This document shows, in pieces, positions 19,399 to 29,149 of a stretch of 64,000 nt of DNA. Made by a program: the position numbers and the translations under genes. This DNA comes from Sphingobium sp. (GTDB taxonomy: Bacteria > Pseudomonadota > Alphaproteobacteria > Sphingomonadales > Sphingomonadaceae): assembly GCA_044237945.1 (NCBI GenBank), contig JBIIEH010000001.1:116782-180781 (forward strand), in the 5' to 3' direction. The notes beneath the pieces are model-generated. The model was not told the DNA's origin. It saw only the letters and a program-made list of their open reading frames with translations, and did not search any database. Positions within the stretch are counted from its first letter, which is position 1. Each line of letters begins with the position of its first letter.

Positions 19399-20082
19399 TC
19401 AGCCGCCTTTCGTCACCGGGATCAGCGCACCGCTGATCCCGCGTGCCGCGGGCGAGGCCAGAAAGGCGATGACGTCGGCGATCGCGGCGGGCTGTACCCA
19501 CTGGCTGAAGTCCGCGTCCGGCATGTCCGCCCGATTGGTCGGCGTGTCGATGATGCTGGGCAGGATCGCGTTGACGGTGATGTCCTTGGCCGCAAGCTCG
19601 GCCGCCAGGCTCTCGGTCAGCTTGTGGACGGCCGACTTGGACGCCGCATAGCCGCCCATGCCCGCCGCTGCGATCACCGCACCGCCTGCGCCGATATTGA
19701 CGATACGCGCGCCCGCGCTCTTCTCCAGTTCGGGCAGCGCCGCCTTGGTCATGTTGACGCAGGTGACGGCGTTCATCGCAAACATGCGGCTCCATGTCGC
19801 AGAGCCGCCATCGGCCAGCGTCTCCCACACAAAGCCGCCCGCCACATTCACCAGCACGCTGATCGAACCCAGGCCGACGACGATGTCGGCCACCGCCCGC
19901 TCCGCCGCAGCGGCATCGGTCAGGTCGACGCCGCCGATATCCAGCCCGCCCGGCAGCGCCTCGGCCGGGGCAGGCGCATAATCGATCCGCGCCACCCGGT
20001 CGCCGGTCGCTGCAAAGGCGGCCGCGACGGCGCCGCCCAATATGCCGAAAGCGCCGGTGACGACGACGGTGCGTGATGTCAT
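19399..20082 (-). CDS. SDR-family oxidoreductase
   Basis: VVVTGAFGILGGAVAAAF Rossmann motif, NVAGG, YAASKSA catalytic motif. ATG at 20082. Confidence 0.85.
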   Translation of the reverse strand: MTSRTVVVTGAFGILGGAVAAAFAATGDRVARIDYAPAPAEALPGGLDIGGVDLTDAAAAERAVADIVVGLGSISVLVNVAGGFVWETLADGGSATWSRMFAMNAVTCVNMTKAALPELEKSAGARIVNIGAGGAVIAAAGMGGYAASKSAVHKLTESLAAELAAKDITVNAILPSIIDTPTNRADMPDADFSQWVQPAAIADVIAFLASPAARGISGALIPVTKGG

Positions 20083-20166
20083 GCTGTGTTCCTCAGTCCT
20101 GTGTCCGGGTGCGTGGGATGATGGGTTTTGCACGGTTGCGGGCCACCGGGCGAGTCTCTCCGAGCC

Positions 20167-20715
20167 TCAGGCCGGCGCAGGCTCCCGCACGAGCGGGCGG
20201 ACATAGGACACGTCGCTCTTGTCGCGACGGTTTGGTCCGGTCTTGAAGATCATGGCCTTCCATTCGTCCGGGATTTCCGCTGCGGTCAGCGTGGCGGTCA
20301 TCTCGTTGACGCAGACGCGATGCGCGATCCGCCATTGCCCGTCGCGCTTCTCGAACCGATCGATGTAGCGGCCGAAGCTCAGTTGCGGCGGCCCGGCCCG
20401 GTTCTCGCCCCAGAAGATATAATAGGTCTCCCCATGCGCGGTATCGCCGTCCAGCTCGACCGTGTGGTTCAGGATGCCGTGATGATGCTTGCTCTGGAAC
20501 TCGCCATGCCAGCCGATCGCCCAATCGACGAAATCGGCGGCTACGCCTTCCGCCACGCCATGTTCGTCCCATGCGTCAGGCCAATAGGCCGACAGCATCA
20601 ACTCGCGATCATGCCGGTCGACGCCCCGTGTATAACGATGCAGGCAGTCCTGGATGGCGGTGCGATCCTTCATTTCCTGAACGAAGGCGATCAGGTCCGG
20701 CGTCAGTTCCGTCAT
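20167..20715 (-). CDS. SnoaL-like / NTF2-fold protein
   Basis: 182 aa. IQDCLHRYTRGVDRHDRELMLSAYWPDA...YIDRFEKRDGQWRIAHR is typical of SnoaL_4/ring-hydroxylating-beta-like folds. Confidence 0.7.
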   Translation of the reverse strand: MTELTPDLIAFVQEMKDRTAIQDCLHRYTRGVDRHDRELMLSAYWPDAWDEHGVAEGVAADFVDWAIGWHGEFQSKHHHGILNHTVELDGDTAHGETYYIFWGENRAGPPQLSFGRYIDRFEKRDGQWRIAHRVCVNEMTATLTAAEIPDEWKAMIFKTGPNRRDKSDVSYVRPLVREPAPA

Positions 20716-20752
20716 GACGGTTCCTCTCTGTCTTACAGGCTAGTTCGCGCGC

Positions 20753-22510
20753 TCAGGCGGGTTCCAGCACCTTGGTCGCCTCGGTCGTCGGCGCCGCCTT
20801 GCCGCCGCGCACCAGCCGGCCGGGCAGCGCGCCGGTGGAACGGCCGTTGCGATAGGTCACGACGCCGCTGACGATCGTCGCCTCATAGCCGTCCGCCCGC
20901 TGCGACAGGCGGCGGCCGCCAGCCGGCAGATCATAGGTGACATGGGGTGCATAGAGATGCAGCCGCTCCAAATCGATGACGTTGAGGTCCGCCTTGTAGC
21001 CCGCCGCGATCAGTCCGCGATCGTCCAGACCCACGGCATGGGCCGGCTCGCAGGTCAGCTTGCGAATGGCGTAAGGCAGGTCGATCGCCATGTCGCCCTG
21101 CGCATCGCGGACCCAGTAGGTCAGGAAATAGGTGGTGTAGGCGGCGTCGCAGATCATCGAATAATGCGCGCCGCCATCGCCCAACGCCGGGAAGGTGCGG
21201 TCGTTCTTCACCAGATTGCGACCGGAGCTTTCGAACCGCTCGCCCTCCGAATTGCCCAGCGGGCGATAGAGGACTTCCTTGCCCTCGCGCTGGAGCAGCG
21301 CGTCGTAGATCAGTTCCTTGGGGTCCACGCCCATGGCGCGGGCGCGCGCGCCGATGCTCTCGTCGGGATGCGGGTTATAATTCGGCGGATTGCCCAGCAC
21401 GAACATGCCGTCCAGGTCGGAGATGACGTAGATGAAAAAGGCCATCGGATCGGAAGGCTCTTCGGCGATCAGCCGCTTGCGGAACTCCGGGTCACGCATC
21501 CGCGCGACCTTTTCCGCCAGCGGCAGATCGGCGATCTCCTTGTAGCTGGGGTTGAAGGAGAAGGGGTGCATCGACAGTTCCAGACCGAGAAGCGCGCCGG
21601 TGGGACGCGGGATGATCTGCCCGCGCACCGTCAGCCCCTCGTTCTTCGCGCTCTCCAGCCGCGCCACCATTTCCTGCCAGTCGCCTTCGCCTTTGGGTGT
21701 CTGCATGAAGGTGAAGGACACCGGCCGGCCGGAGGTGCGGGCGATGTCGTCGAGCAGGTCCATGCGTTCGCCGGCGGTCACGTCATAGCTCGGAACCATC
21801 TGGAACACGCCCTTGCCCGCGTCCTTGAGGCCCTCGGCCAGCGCCAGCACTTCCAGGTCCTCGGTCTTCACCGAAGGCGCGGGGCGGCCGTCACGAAACT
21901 GATGCGCGTAGCTGCGCGATGTGGTGACGCCCAGCGCGCCGGCCTCGATCGCCTCCGTCGTCAGCCGGCGCATTTCGGCAAGATCTTCGTCCGTCGGCGG
22001 CTCCAGGCTCGCGCCGCGCTCGCCCATCACATAGACGCGCAAAGGGCTGTGCGGCAGCTGCGCGGCGAAATCGATGTCGCTTTCGCGCTTCTCCAGCGCG
22101 TCCAGATAGTCGGGGAAGCTCTCCCAGTTGAACGGCACGCCTTCGGCCATGACGACCTCGGGAATGTCCTCCACGCCTTCCATCAGCTTGATCATCAGCT
22201 GACGATGCTCGGGCCGCGACGGCGCGAAGCCGACACCGCAATTGCCCATCACCACCGTCGTCACGCCATGGTCGGACGACGGGGCAAGGCGGTGCTCCCA
22301 GGTGATCTGGCCGTCATAATGAGTATGCACATCGACGAAGCCCGGCGTGACGATGCGCCCCTGAGCGTCGATCACCTCATCGGCGCTGCCCTCGACCGCA
22401 CCGACCGCAGCGATGATTCCGCCCTTTACGGCAATGTCCGCGACGAACGGCTCGCCGCCGCTGCCGTCGAAGATCTTCCCCCCACGGATGATGAGATCAT
22501 AGTCGGACAT
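20753..22510 (-). CDS. N-acyl-D-amino-acid deacylase-family amidohydrolase
   Basis: MSDYDLIIRGGKIFDGSG...GRIVTPGFVDVHTHYDGQ...VVMGNCGVGFAP is a D-aminoacylase-type metal-binding N-terminus. Confidence 0.85.
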   Translation of the reverse strand: MSDYDLIIRGGKIFDGSGGEPFVADIAVKGGIIAAVGAVEGSADEVIDAQGRIVTPGFVDVHTHYDGQITWEHRLAPSSDHGVTTVVMGNCGVGFAPSRPEHRQLMIKLMEGVEDIPEVVMAEGVPFNWESFPDYLDALEKRESDIDFAAQLPHSPLRVYVMGERGASLEPPTDEDLAEMRRLTTEAIEAGALGVTTSRSYAHQFRDGRPAPSVKTEDLEVLALAEGLKDAGKGVFQMVPSYDVTAGERMDLLDDIARTSGRPVSFTFMQTPKGEGDWQEMVARLESAKNEGLTVRGQIIPRPTGALLGLELSMHPFSFNPSYKEIADLPLAEKVARMRDPEFRKRLIAEEPSDPMAFFIYVISDLDGMFVLGNPPNYNPHPDESIGARARAMGVDPKELIYDALLQREGKEVLYRPLGNSEGERFESSGRNLVKNDRTFPALGDGGAHYSMICDAAYTTYFLTYWVRDAQGDMAIDLPYAIRKLTCEPAHAVGLDDRGLIAAGYKADLNVIDLERLHLYAPHVTYDLPAGGRRLSQRADGYEATIVSGVVTYRNGRSTGALPGRLVRGGKAAPTTEATKVLEPA

Positions 22511-22602
22511 GACAGCTTATCCTCTTCTGTGTCGTCATATATCTGTTGCTCTCGGCCCATCGTTCTGGACCGCTGCAAGCGCCGTCGTGATCGTGAGCCA
22601 AA

Positions 22603-22631
22603 GGGGCCTGCCCGCCAAGGCGGCAGGCCCC
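22603..22631 (-). terminator. hairpin terminator downstream of the P450 (minus-strand reading)
   Basis: GGGGCCTGCC(C)GCC-aa-GGCGGCAGGCCCC forms a 13-bp stem with one bulge. TTTGG follows on the minus strand. Confidence 0.5.
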
Positions 22632-22683
22632 TCCATGGGTCATATTTCAGATAAGCGATGTCTTCGTCGCTATCCCTTGTCGC

Positions 22684-23991
22684 TCAATCCCACGCCACCG
22701 GCAGCTCGCGCAGCCCGTTATACATCCAGCTGTCGATACGCTTGCGCTCGCCGATCAGGCGCAGCTTCGGCAGGCGCTGCGCCAGCCGCGTCAGCGCGAT
22801 CCGCGCCTCCAGCCGGGCGAGCGGCGCGCCGAGGCAGAAATGCACGCCATAGCCGAAGCTGATGTGCCGTCGCGACTGGCCCAAGGGCCGGTCCATGATG
22901 AAGCTGTCGGGATCATCGAAGATCTTGGGGTCCCGGTTCGCACCATGCATGGAGAACATCAGCTTGGTGCGCTCGGGCATGTCCTCGCCATGCATGCTCA
23001 CGGGGCACAGGCTGGTGCGGAAATGGGCGCTGATCGGCGGATCATAGCGCAGGCTTTCCTCCATGATATTCTCGGCCAGCTGCGGCTTGGCCTTGAACCG
23101 TTCCCACCGCTCGGGTTGTTCGAGCAGCCGCCAGATGGCGTTGGTGATGAGCGCCACGGTCGTTTCCTGTCCGGCAGTGATCATCGTGGTGCAGATCTGG
23201 AACAGTTCCTCGTCGTTCAGCCGCCGTCCCGCAACTCGGCTCACCAGCCCCAGCGAGACATAATTAGCCGGCAACTCCTTGCCCCAGTTCTCGAAGGTCG
23301 GTTCGTCGATGCCGGCGTCGCGCAGCAACTGCTTGTGCCGCTCGATCAGTTCCATGAAATAGGGGTAGAGGCCGGCCATCTGCTCGTCCTCCGCCCCTTC
23401 CGCCGATCCGGTCAGTGAAGCGACGAGCGCGTCGCCCCAGCGCTTATATTCGGGGTACATGCTCTCGTCCGATCCCAGCAGCATGCAGATGACGCGGGCC
23501 GGCAGGGGCAGGGCGAACAGGTCGTGGAAATTGCCCTGCTTGACCTCGGCATTGACCATGTCGTCCAGCAGTTCGTCGGCGATCTGCTCGATCCGGGGCT
23601 GGTAGACCTTGATCTGCGACGGGGCCATGCCCTTGCGCAGCGCAGCCATGTAATCGAAGTGGAAGGGTGGGTCGGTCAGGATGCCGAAGTCGCTGAAATG
23701 CTCCCAGTCGCGCGGGCCGTCGCCCCATTTGAACGACCAGGTCGGGTTGTCCGCCAGTATCTGTTCGCGGATTTCCTTGTAGTCGCTGGTCACGTAGAAC
23801 TGAAATTCGTCGCCCTTATAGTGGTAGAAGGGGCATTTGGCGGCCAGCGCCGAATAGGCCGGCCCCGGATTGTGGACCGTCTCGGGATCGAGCGGATCGA
23901 AGACATGGTCGGCCGCCGTCATCAGCCGCCGGGCCTCCTGTGCTTCGCCTGCATCGGTTTTCGTCGTCGAGTCCGCCATTCTTCGCTCCAT
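22684..23991 (-). CDS. cytochrome P450 (not CYP101-like)
   Basis: Heme loop FGYGVHFCLGAPLA and EETTV (I-helix-like AGQETT). An alternative start ATG at 23979 has a better GGAG spacing. Confidence 0.9.
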   Translation of the reverse strand: MERRMADSTTKTDAGEAQEARRLMTAADHVFDPLDPETVHNPGPAYSALAAKCPFYHYKGDEFQFYVTSDYKEIREQILADNPTWSFKWGDGPRDWEHFSDFGILTDPPFHFDYMAALRKGMAPSQIKVYQPRIEQIADELLDDMVNAEVKQGNFHDLFALPLPARVICMLLGSDESMYPEYKRWGDALVASLTGSAEGAEDEQMAGLYPYFMELIERHKQLLRDAGIDEPTFENWGKELPANYVSLGLVSRVAGRRLNDEELFQICTTMITAGQETTVALITNAIWRLLEQPERWERFKAKPQLAENIMEESLRYDPPISAHFRTSLCPVSMHGEDMPERTKLMFSMHGANRDPKIFDDPDSFIMDRPLGQSRRHISFGYGVHFCLGAPLARLEARIALTRLAQRLPKLRLIGERKRIDSWMYNGLRELPVAWD

Positions 23992-24074
23992 CCTGTCCTG
24001 GGCATCAGGATAAGGGAGCAGTCCGTGCGATTGAACGGTCAGATGTTTAGGCCCCTAAATGATGGGAGGAGGCT

Positions 24075-25361
24075 TTACTCCTTCTGCGGCGGATAGCGGC
24101 CCATCAGCAAGTAGATCGCGCCCGCCGTCATGAAGCAGGCGGCGATCACCAGCAGGGCGACGTCATAATTGCCGTAATGATCATAGGCGACGCCCAGCAT
24201 CGCCGCGCCCACCGCGCCGGACACGGCGATGAAGAACACGGTCATGCCGTACAGCGTGGAAAAGATACGGACCCCGAAATAGCGCGCGACCATATAGGCG
24301 ACGACATCGATCTCCGCCCCCAGACCCAGCCCGACCAGCAGGATGGCGAGGCCGGCGAGGGGGCCATCGATCGCGCCGTGCGACGCCAGCAGCACCGCGC
24401 CGGCGGCCGATCCGCAGGCGAACAGGAAGGCGATGGCCGGCGCCCAGAAACGATCGACCAGACTGCCCGTCACCAGCGCGCCGACGAAGCTGGCGATACC
24501 GGCCATGCCGACCAGCGCGGCGGCGGGGCCGGCCTCCACGCCCTTGCTGATCAGCAGCGGCTGCAATTGCGACATGATCGCGGTGGCGGGCGCATAGCCC
24601 AGGCCGGCGCCGACGCACAGGAACCACACCCTGCGGTCGCCCAGCAGATGCAACCAGCCCGGCAGATCGGGATCGGGCACCGATCGCGCTGTGCTTGCGG
24701 GACCGCGTGCGCGTCCGATCCAGAGCCAGACCGCGGGAAAGGCCAGGCACAGCACCAGCAGCGCTTCGGCCAGATAGCCGGCGCGCCATCCGAACCGGGC
24801 GATGATCGCGAACAGCACGGTGGGCAGCGCTGCGCTGGCGAGCGCTAGGCCGCTGCGCGCCACGGCGAGCGAAAAGCCGCGCGAGCGCACAAAGGACTGG
24901 CTGATCACGCGCGAGCAGGTGAGGCCACTGGCGGACAGGCCGATGACGCCGGACAGGCCGGTCAGCAGGTAGAAGAGCGCAAGCGAGCCGTTCATGCCCG
25001 CCAGCCCGCAATAGATGGCGATCGACAGCAGCATGCCGCCGAGCATGATCCGGCGCGGCCCGAACCGATCGACCGCGCGGCCGAAAAACGGCGCTGCAAT
25101 GGCGACGGCCAGCAGGGCGTAATGGGCGTAGGCGATCTGGCTGCGCGACCAGCCGAACGCTTCCTGGAGCGGCAGGACGAACAGGCTGGATACGGATTGA
25201 TAGGCCCCCTGCGACAGGCCGATCGCCAGGAAGGCGGCGACGCCGACCGTCCAGTTCGCGCGCCATTCCTGCGCCACCGCTCGCCAGTTGTCGCCATGAC
25301 CAGTTGGCGACGCATGTGAGGCTGAATCAGGCGCGGGAATCGCTCCGGGTTTCTCCGTCAT
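24075..25361 (-). CDS. MFS transporter (paralog of the one at 57830)
   Basis: 428 aa with 12 predicted hydrophobic segments. It shares the WR..W...FGWSR...DRFG(P/V)RR pattern with the MFS at 57830. Confidence 0.88.
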   Translation of the reverse strand: MTEKPGAIPAPDSASHASPTGHGDNWRAVAQEWRANWTVGVAAFLAIGLSQGAYQSVSSLFVLPLQEAFGWSRSQIAYAHYALLAVAIAAPFFGRAVDRFGPRRIMLGGMLLSIAIYCGLAGMNGSLALFYLLTGLSGVIGLSASGLTCSRVISQSFVRSRGFSLAVARSGLALASAALPTVLFAIIARFGWRAGYLAEALLVLCLAFPAVWLWIGRARGPASTARSVPDPDLPGWLHLLGDRRVWFLCVGAGLGYAPATAIMSQLQPLLISKGVEAGPAAALVGMAGIASFVGALVTGSLVDRFWAPAIAFLFACGSAAGAVLLASHGAIDGPLAGLAILLVGLGLGAEIDVVAYMVARYFGVRIFSTLYGMTVFFIAVSGAVGAAMLGVAYDHYGNYDVALLVIAACFMTAGAIYLLMGRYPPQKE

Positions 25362-25628
25362 GTCGGGGGCCTCTCCTGTTTGTCATCTCTGGCTGGCAGG
25401 GGGCAGGGATGGCGTCAATTTCACGAGGCGGCGTGGGCCATGCCCAAACGCCAAGCATCGTATGCATGATGCCGGAACCCGTCAGCCGCCATCGGCGCAT
25501 TATCAAATAGATGATGTCAGCCGCCTTGTCCGATCGGTCTTGGATAGTGTCGGAAGGCAGACTATGGGGCAAACACTACATTGAACCGTTTCAACCTGAA
25601 ACTGGCTTTGCAAAGCATAATGAGGGGA

Positions 25629-27785
25629 ATGATGACCAAGCCGCTGTCCATCGCCATGACGTCCGTGATCGCGCTCGCTGCCATGCCGGCCTTCGCGCAG
25701 ACCGACGCGCCGGCCCAGAGCGCCGATCCCGCAGCGGGCGGCGACATCATCGTGACGGCGCAGCGCCGGTCGGAGCGGTTGCAGGACGTGCCCGCCGCCG
25801 TCACCGCGCAGACCGCCGAGCAGCTCCAGAGCGCCAACATCACCAACGCGCGCGACCTGACCCTCGTGACTCCCGGCCTGCGCGTCGAGGCGAACGGCAT
25901 CAACGCCCAGCCGGCCCTGCGCGGCGTGTCCTCCACGCTCGGCTCCTCCAACGCGGAAAACAACGTCGCGACCTATGTCGACGGCGTCTATCAGCCCAAC
26001 ATCACCGGCGCCTTCTTCTCGCTTCCCGATGTCGAGAATATCCAAGTCCTGAAAGGCCCGCAGGGTTCGCTCTATGGCCGTAACGCGACCGGCGGCGTCA
26101 TCCTGATCAACAGCCGCTCGCCCTCCTTCACGCCGCAGCTCGATCTCGGCTTGTCCTGGGCGCATATCGGCAAGGGCAGCGATGGCGAACTCAACGCCAC
26201 CGCCTTCGTCACCGGCCCGATCATCGACGATGTGCTGGCCGCCAGCCTGACGCTCAGCAACCGGGAACTCGGCAGCTACGTCCGTAACGTGGCCACCGGG
26301 CGCAACACCGCCGACAACCACAACCGCTTCCTGCGCGCGAAGCTGCTGTTCCAGCCGGCGGACGGCGTGCGGATCGAGGGCGGCTTCAGCTACAATCGCG
26401 AGAAGAATGCCATCGACCTCGCCTATGCCAATTATCGCGGCGTCAATGCGATGGCGGCCGTGCCCGGCGTGATCGTCGCCGACCGTCCCTGGACGACATC
26501 GTCGGATATCGACAGCTATATCGACATCGACATGAAGACCTATTCGCTGAAGGCTGATTTCGAAACTTCCGTCGGCACTATCACCAGCATGACCGGCTAT
26601 ATCGACTACAGCACCCCGGTCTATCAGGAGGCCGACTACAGCAATTTCGCGGGCGGCGTGTACGACATCTTCAGCTACTCGAAATCCTTCTCGCAGGACC
26701 TCTACTTCACCTCTGACCCGATCGGCGACTTCTCCTTCATCGCCGGCCTGACCTATTATCGCCGCAAGGTCGGCGACGATCCCGCGTTCATCAACATCCC
26801 GGCCTTCGGCTATATCGACCGCATCTACAACCACAGCATCAACAAGTCGCTGTCGGGCTTCTTCGAGGTGACCTGGAACGCAACCGACCGACTGAAGATC
26901 ATCGGCGGCGGCCGCTATACGAAGGACGACAATAACGGCTTCGCCAACGGCTTCAACGACAGCACGCCCGAAGCCTATCTGGGCCGCGTCAAATCGAAGA
27001 AGTTCACGCCCCGCGCGGCTGTCATGTACGACCTGACCGACAGCCTCAACATCTATTACAACTATGCGCAGGGCTTCAAGGCGGGCCTTTTCAACACCAT
27101 CGCCCGCCAGACCGAAGCGGTCCGGCCGGAGGAACTCACCTCCCACGAGGTCGGCGCGAAGTTCAAGGCGGGCGGCGTCGCGCTCAACATCGCGGGCTTC
27201 CACTATGACTACAAGAACCTTCAGGCGACCACCACCGTTGGCGGTGTCAGCACGCTCCAGAATGCCGGCTCGGCCAAGATCTACGGCATCGACGCGGACG
27301 CCAGCCTGCGCGCGACCGACGACCTGACGTTCACGCTTGGCGGGGCCTGGCTGCATGCGGAATATGACAGTTTCCCCAATGCCAGCCTGGTCGAAATGCC
27401 GACCGATCCCGGCTTCGACGGCACGCTGGACGGCCGCGCCGACATCAGCGGCCAGCGGATGATCCGTGCGCCCAAGTTCACGCTGAACGGCCTCATCGAC
27501 TATAAGCACGACTTCGACGCTGGCCGCCTGGCCCTGTCGGTCAACGGCTATTATTCGACCCGCGTGCGCATGGCGCTGGAAAGCCGCATCTCGCAGCCGG
27601 CCTATTTCACCGGCAACGCCCGCATCGCCTTCACGCCAGCGGACAGCGGCCTCACCCTGTCGGTCTTCGCGCGCAACTTCACCAATGAGAAGGTGATCGC
27701 CTCGACCTTCATCAATCCCAGCGCCGATGCGGTGATCTATTCCCCGCCGCGGCAGATCGGCGCAGGACTGAACTACAGCTTCTGA
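25629..27785 (+). CDS. TonB-dependent receptor (TBDR-2, different subfamily)
   Basis: Signal peptide ...AAMPAFAQ, IIVTAQRR, VLKGPQGSLYGRNATGGVI plug, terminal ...GLNYSF. ATG at 25629/25632 after GAGGGG. Confidence 0.93.
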   Translation: MMTKPLSIAMTSVIALAAMPAFAQTDAPAQSADPAAGGDIIVTAQRRSERLQDVPAAVTAQTAEQLQSANITNARDLTLVTPGLRVEANGINAQPALRGVSSTLGSSNAENNVATYVDGVYQPNITGAFFSLPDVENIQVLKGPQGSLYGRNATGGVILINSRSPSFTPQLDLGLSWAHIGKGSDGELNATAFVTGPIIDDVLAASLTLSNRELGSYVRNVATGRNTADNHNRFLRAKLLFQPADGVRIEGGFSYNREKNAIDLAYANYRGVNAMAAVPGVIVADRPWTTSSDIDSYIDIDMKTYSLKADFETSVGTITSMTGYIDYSTPVYQEADYSNFAGGVYDIFSYSKSFSQDLYFTSDPIGDFSFIAGLTYYRRKVGDDPAFINIPAFGYIDRIYNHSINKSLSGFFEVTWNATDRLKIIGGGRYTKDDNNGFANGFNDSTPEAYLGRVKSKKFTPRAAVMYDLTDSLNIYYNYAQGFKAGLFNTIARQTEAVRPEELTSHEVGAKFKAGGVALNIAGFHYDYKNLQATTTVGGVSTLQNAGSAKIYGIDADASLRATDDLTFTLGGAWLHAEYDSFPNASLVEMPTDPGFDGTLDGRADISGQRMIRAPKFTLNGLIDYKHDFDAGRLALSVNGYYSTRVRMALESRISQPAYFTGNARIAFTPADSGLTLSVFARNFTNEKVIASTFINPSADAVIYSPPRQIGAGLNYSF

Positions 27786-27815
27786 TCAACGGAGCCTGGG
27801 GGCACCGGCATGCCC

Positions 27816-29027
27816 TCAGGCGTCCCAGCTCAGATGCAGTTCCTCCATCGAATTGACGAGTCCCGTCGTCATCTTCGGCACCGTCCCCGGCGTCAGGCGG
27901 AAATCCGGGATGCGCGCCATCCATTCCTCTAGGAAGATGCGGATTTCCCGCCGCGCCAGATTGTTGCCGATGCAGGTATGCGGCCCGATGCCGAAGGCCA
28001 GGTGCCGCCGCTTCGTTCGCGCAAAATCGACCGTCATCGGATCGGGATTGACCGTTTCGTCCAGCCCGGCAAGCGGGAACATGCCGACGATCATCTCGCC
28101 CGCGCGCACCGCCACATCGCCCAGTATTGTATCCTCGCGCGCGATCCGGCCCAGATTGCTGGTGCCAAAGCGCCGCATGATCTCGTCCACCGCATCGGGC
28201 AGCCGCTCGGGATGCTCCACCAGTTCGCGCCGATGCGCCGGATGCTGCGCCAGGAAACAGGCGGCAAAGGCGGTCATCGACACCACCGTGTCCAGCCCGC
28301 CGCCGATCACCACCAGGCACAGGCTGAATATCTCGTCATCGGTCAGCGCCCTCCCGCCGACCTGCGCATGGATCAATGAACTGATCAGGTCTTCACGCGG
28401 ATCGGCGCGCCGCAGGTCGATCTGCCGCCGCACATAGCCCGACATTTCGCCCCACGCTTCTGCTGATTCGGGGTGCGTGGGACTGGACATGTAGATCGCC
28501 AGGCCGCGCAGATAGGCGCGGTCCTCCTCCGGCAGGTCGATCAGCGTCAGGAACGCGATGATCGGCATGGTCCCGGCAAAGTCCTGCACGAACTCGCACC
28601 CGCCACGCGGCCTGATCTCCTCGATGATGTCGATCGCCGCGCGCCGCGCGCGATCGGTGGCGCGCGTCAGCACCTTTGGCGTAAAAGCCGGCATCAGCAG
28701 CTTGCGGATCGGCCCATGCTCGGGCGGGTCCAGCTGCACCGGGATCATATAGGGCAGAGTGTCGCGCGGTATGAAGGTCTCGGCGCTGGAAAAGACCTGA
28801 TGCGTCATCAGCATCCTCTCCATCTCGCTATAGCGCGTCGCGATCCAGTGGCCACCATGACGCGGCGTCCAGAACAAGGGCGGGTGACTGTCCTGCACCG
28901 CCTTCCACACCGCATGCACGTCGGCCGTGGTCGGGCCGTCCATGCCGGGCGGGGCGTAGAGGTCGATGTCGTGAACCAGATGCGGCGGAATATGGTCCGG
29001 CACATGGCCCGCCTGTAATTGCGTCAT
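27816..29027 (-). CDS. cytochrome P450, CYP101-like
   Basis: Heme loop FGIGPHTCIGNNLA. N-terminus HVPDHIPPHLVHDIDLY...FWTPRHGGHWIATR. ATG at 29027. Confidence 0.92.
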   Translation of the reverse strand: MTQLQAGHVPDHIPPHLVHDIDLYAPPGMDGPTTADVHAVWKAVQDSHPPLFWTPRHGGHWIATRYSEMERMLMTHQVFSSAETFIPRDTLPYMIPVQLDPPEHGPIRKLLMPAFTPKVLTRATDRARRAAIDIIEEIRPRGGCEFVQDFAGTMPIIAFLTLIDLPEEDRAYLRGLAIYMSSPTHPESAEAWGEMSGYVRRQIDLRRADPREDLISSLIHAQVGGRALTDDEIFSLCLVVIGGGLDTVVSMTAFAACFLAQHPAHRRELVEHPERLPDAVDEIMRRFGTSNLGRIAREDTILGDVAVRAGEMIVGMFPLAGLDETVNPDPMTVDFARTKRRHLAFGIGPHTCIGNNLARREIRIFLEEWMARIPDFRLTPGTVPKMTTGLVNSMEELHLSWDA

Positions 29028-29063
29028 CGCTCGTCTCCCCTCAATGTCCGGCCGTACAGCCTC

Positions 29064-29101
29064 TTGCGCATATAGGTACTCATAAGGACCTATATGCGCA
29101 A
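29064..29101. promoter_or_regulatory. perfect 14-bp inverted repeat (candidate TetR operator) between the divergent P450 and tetR
   Basis: TTGCGCATATAGGT (29064-29077), then actcataagg, then ACCTATATGCGCAA (29088-29101). AT-rich in a GC-rich background. Confidence 0.65.
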
Positions 29102-29149
29102 GGGGGCGTCCCCCTTGGTTTGCGGGCCTTCCTCGATTATCCGGGACGG

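Noticed and set aside
25503-27509. 668-aa minus-strand ORF antisense to TBDR-2. The same applies to 55370..57862 (830 aa) antisense to TBDR-4 and 40868..42403 antisense to TBDR-3.
   Set aside because: The composition is non-protein-like (runs of R, A, G, D and V). Each fully overlaps a TBDR that has a signal peptide, plug motifs and a terminal Phe. These are high-GC shadow ORFs.
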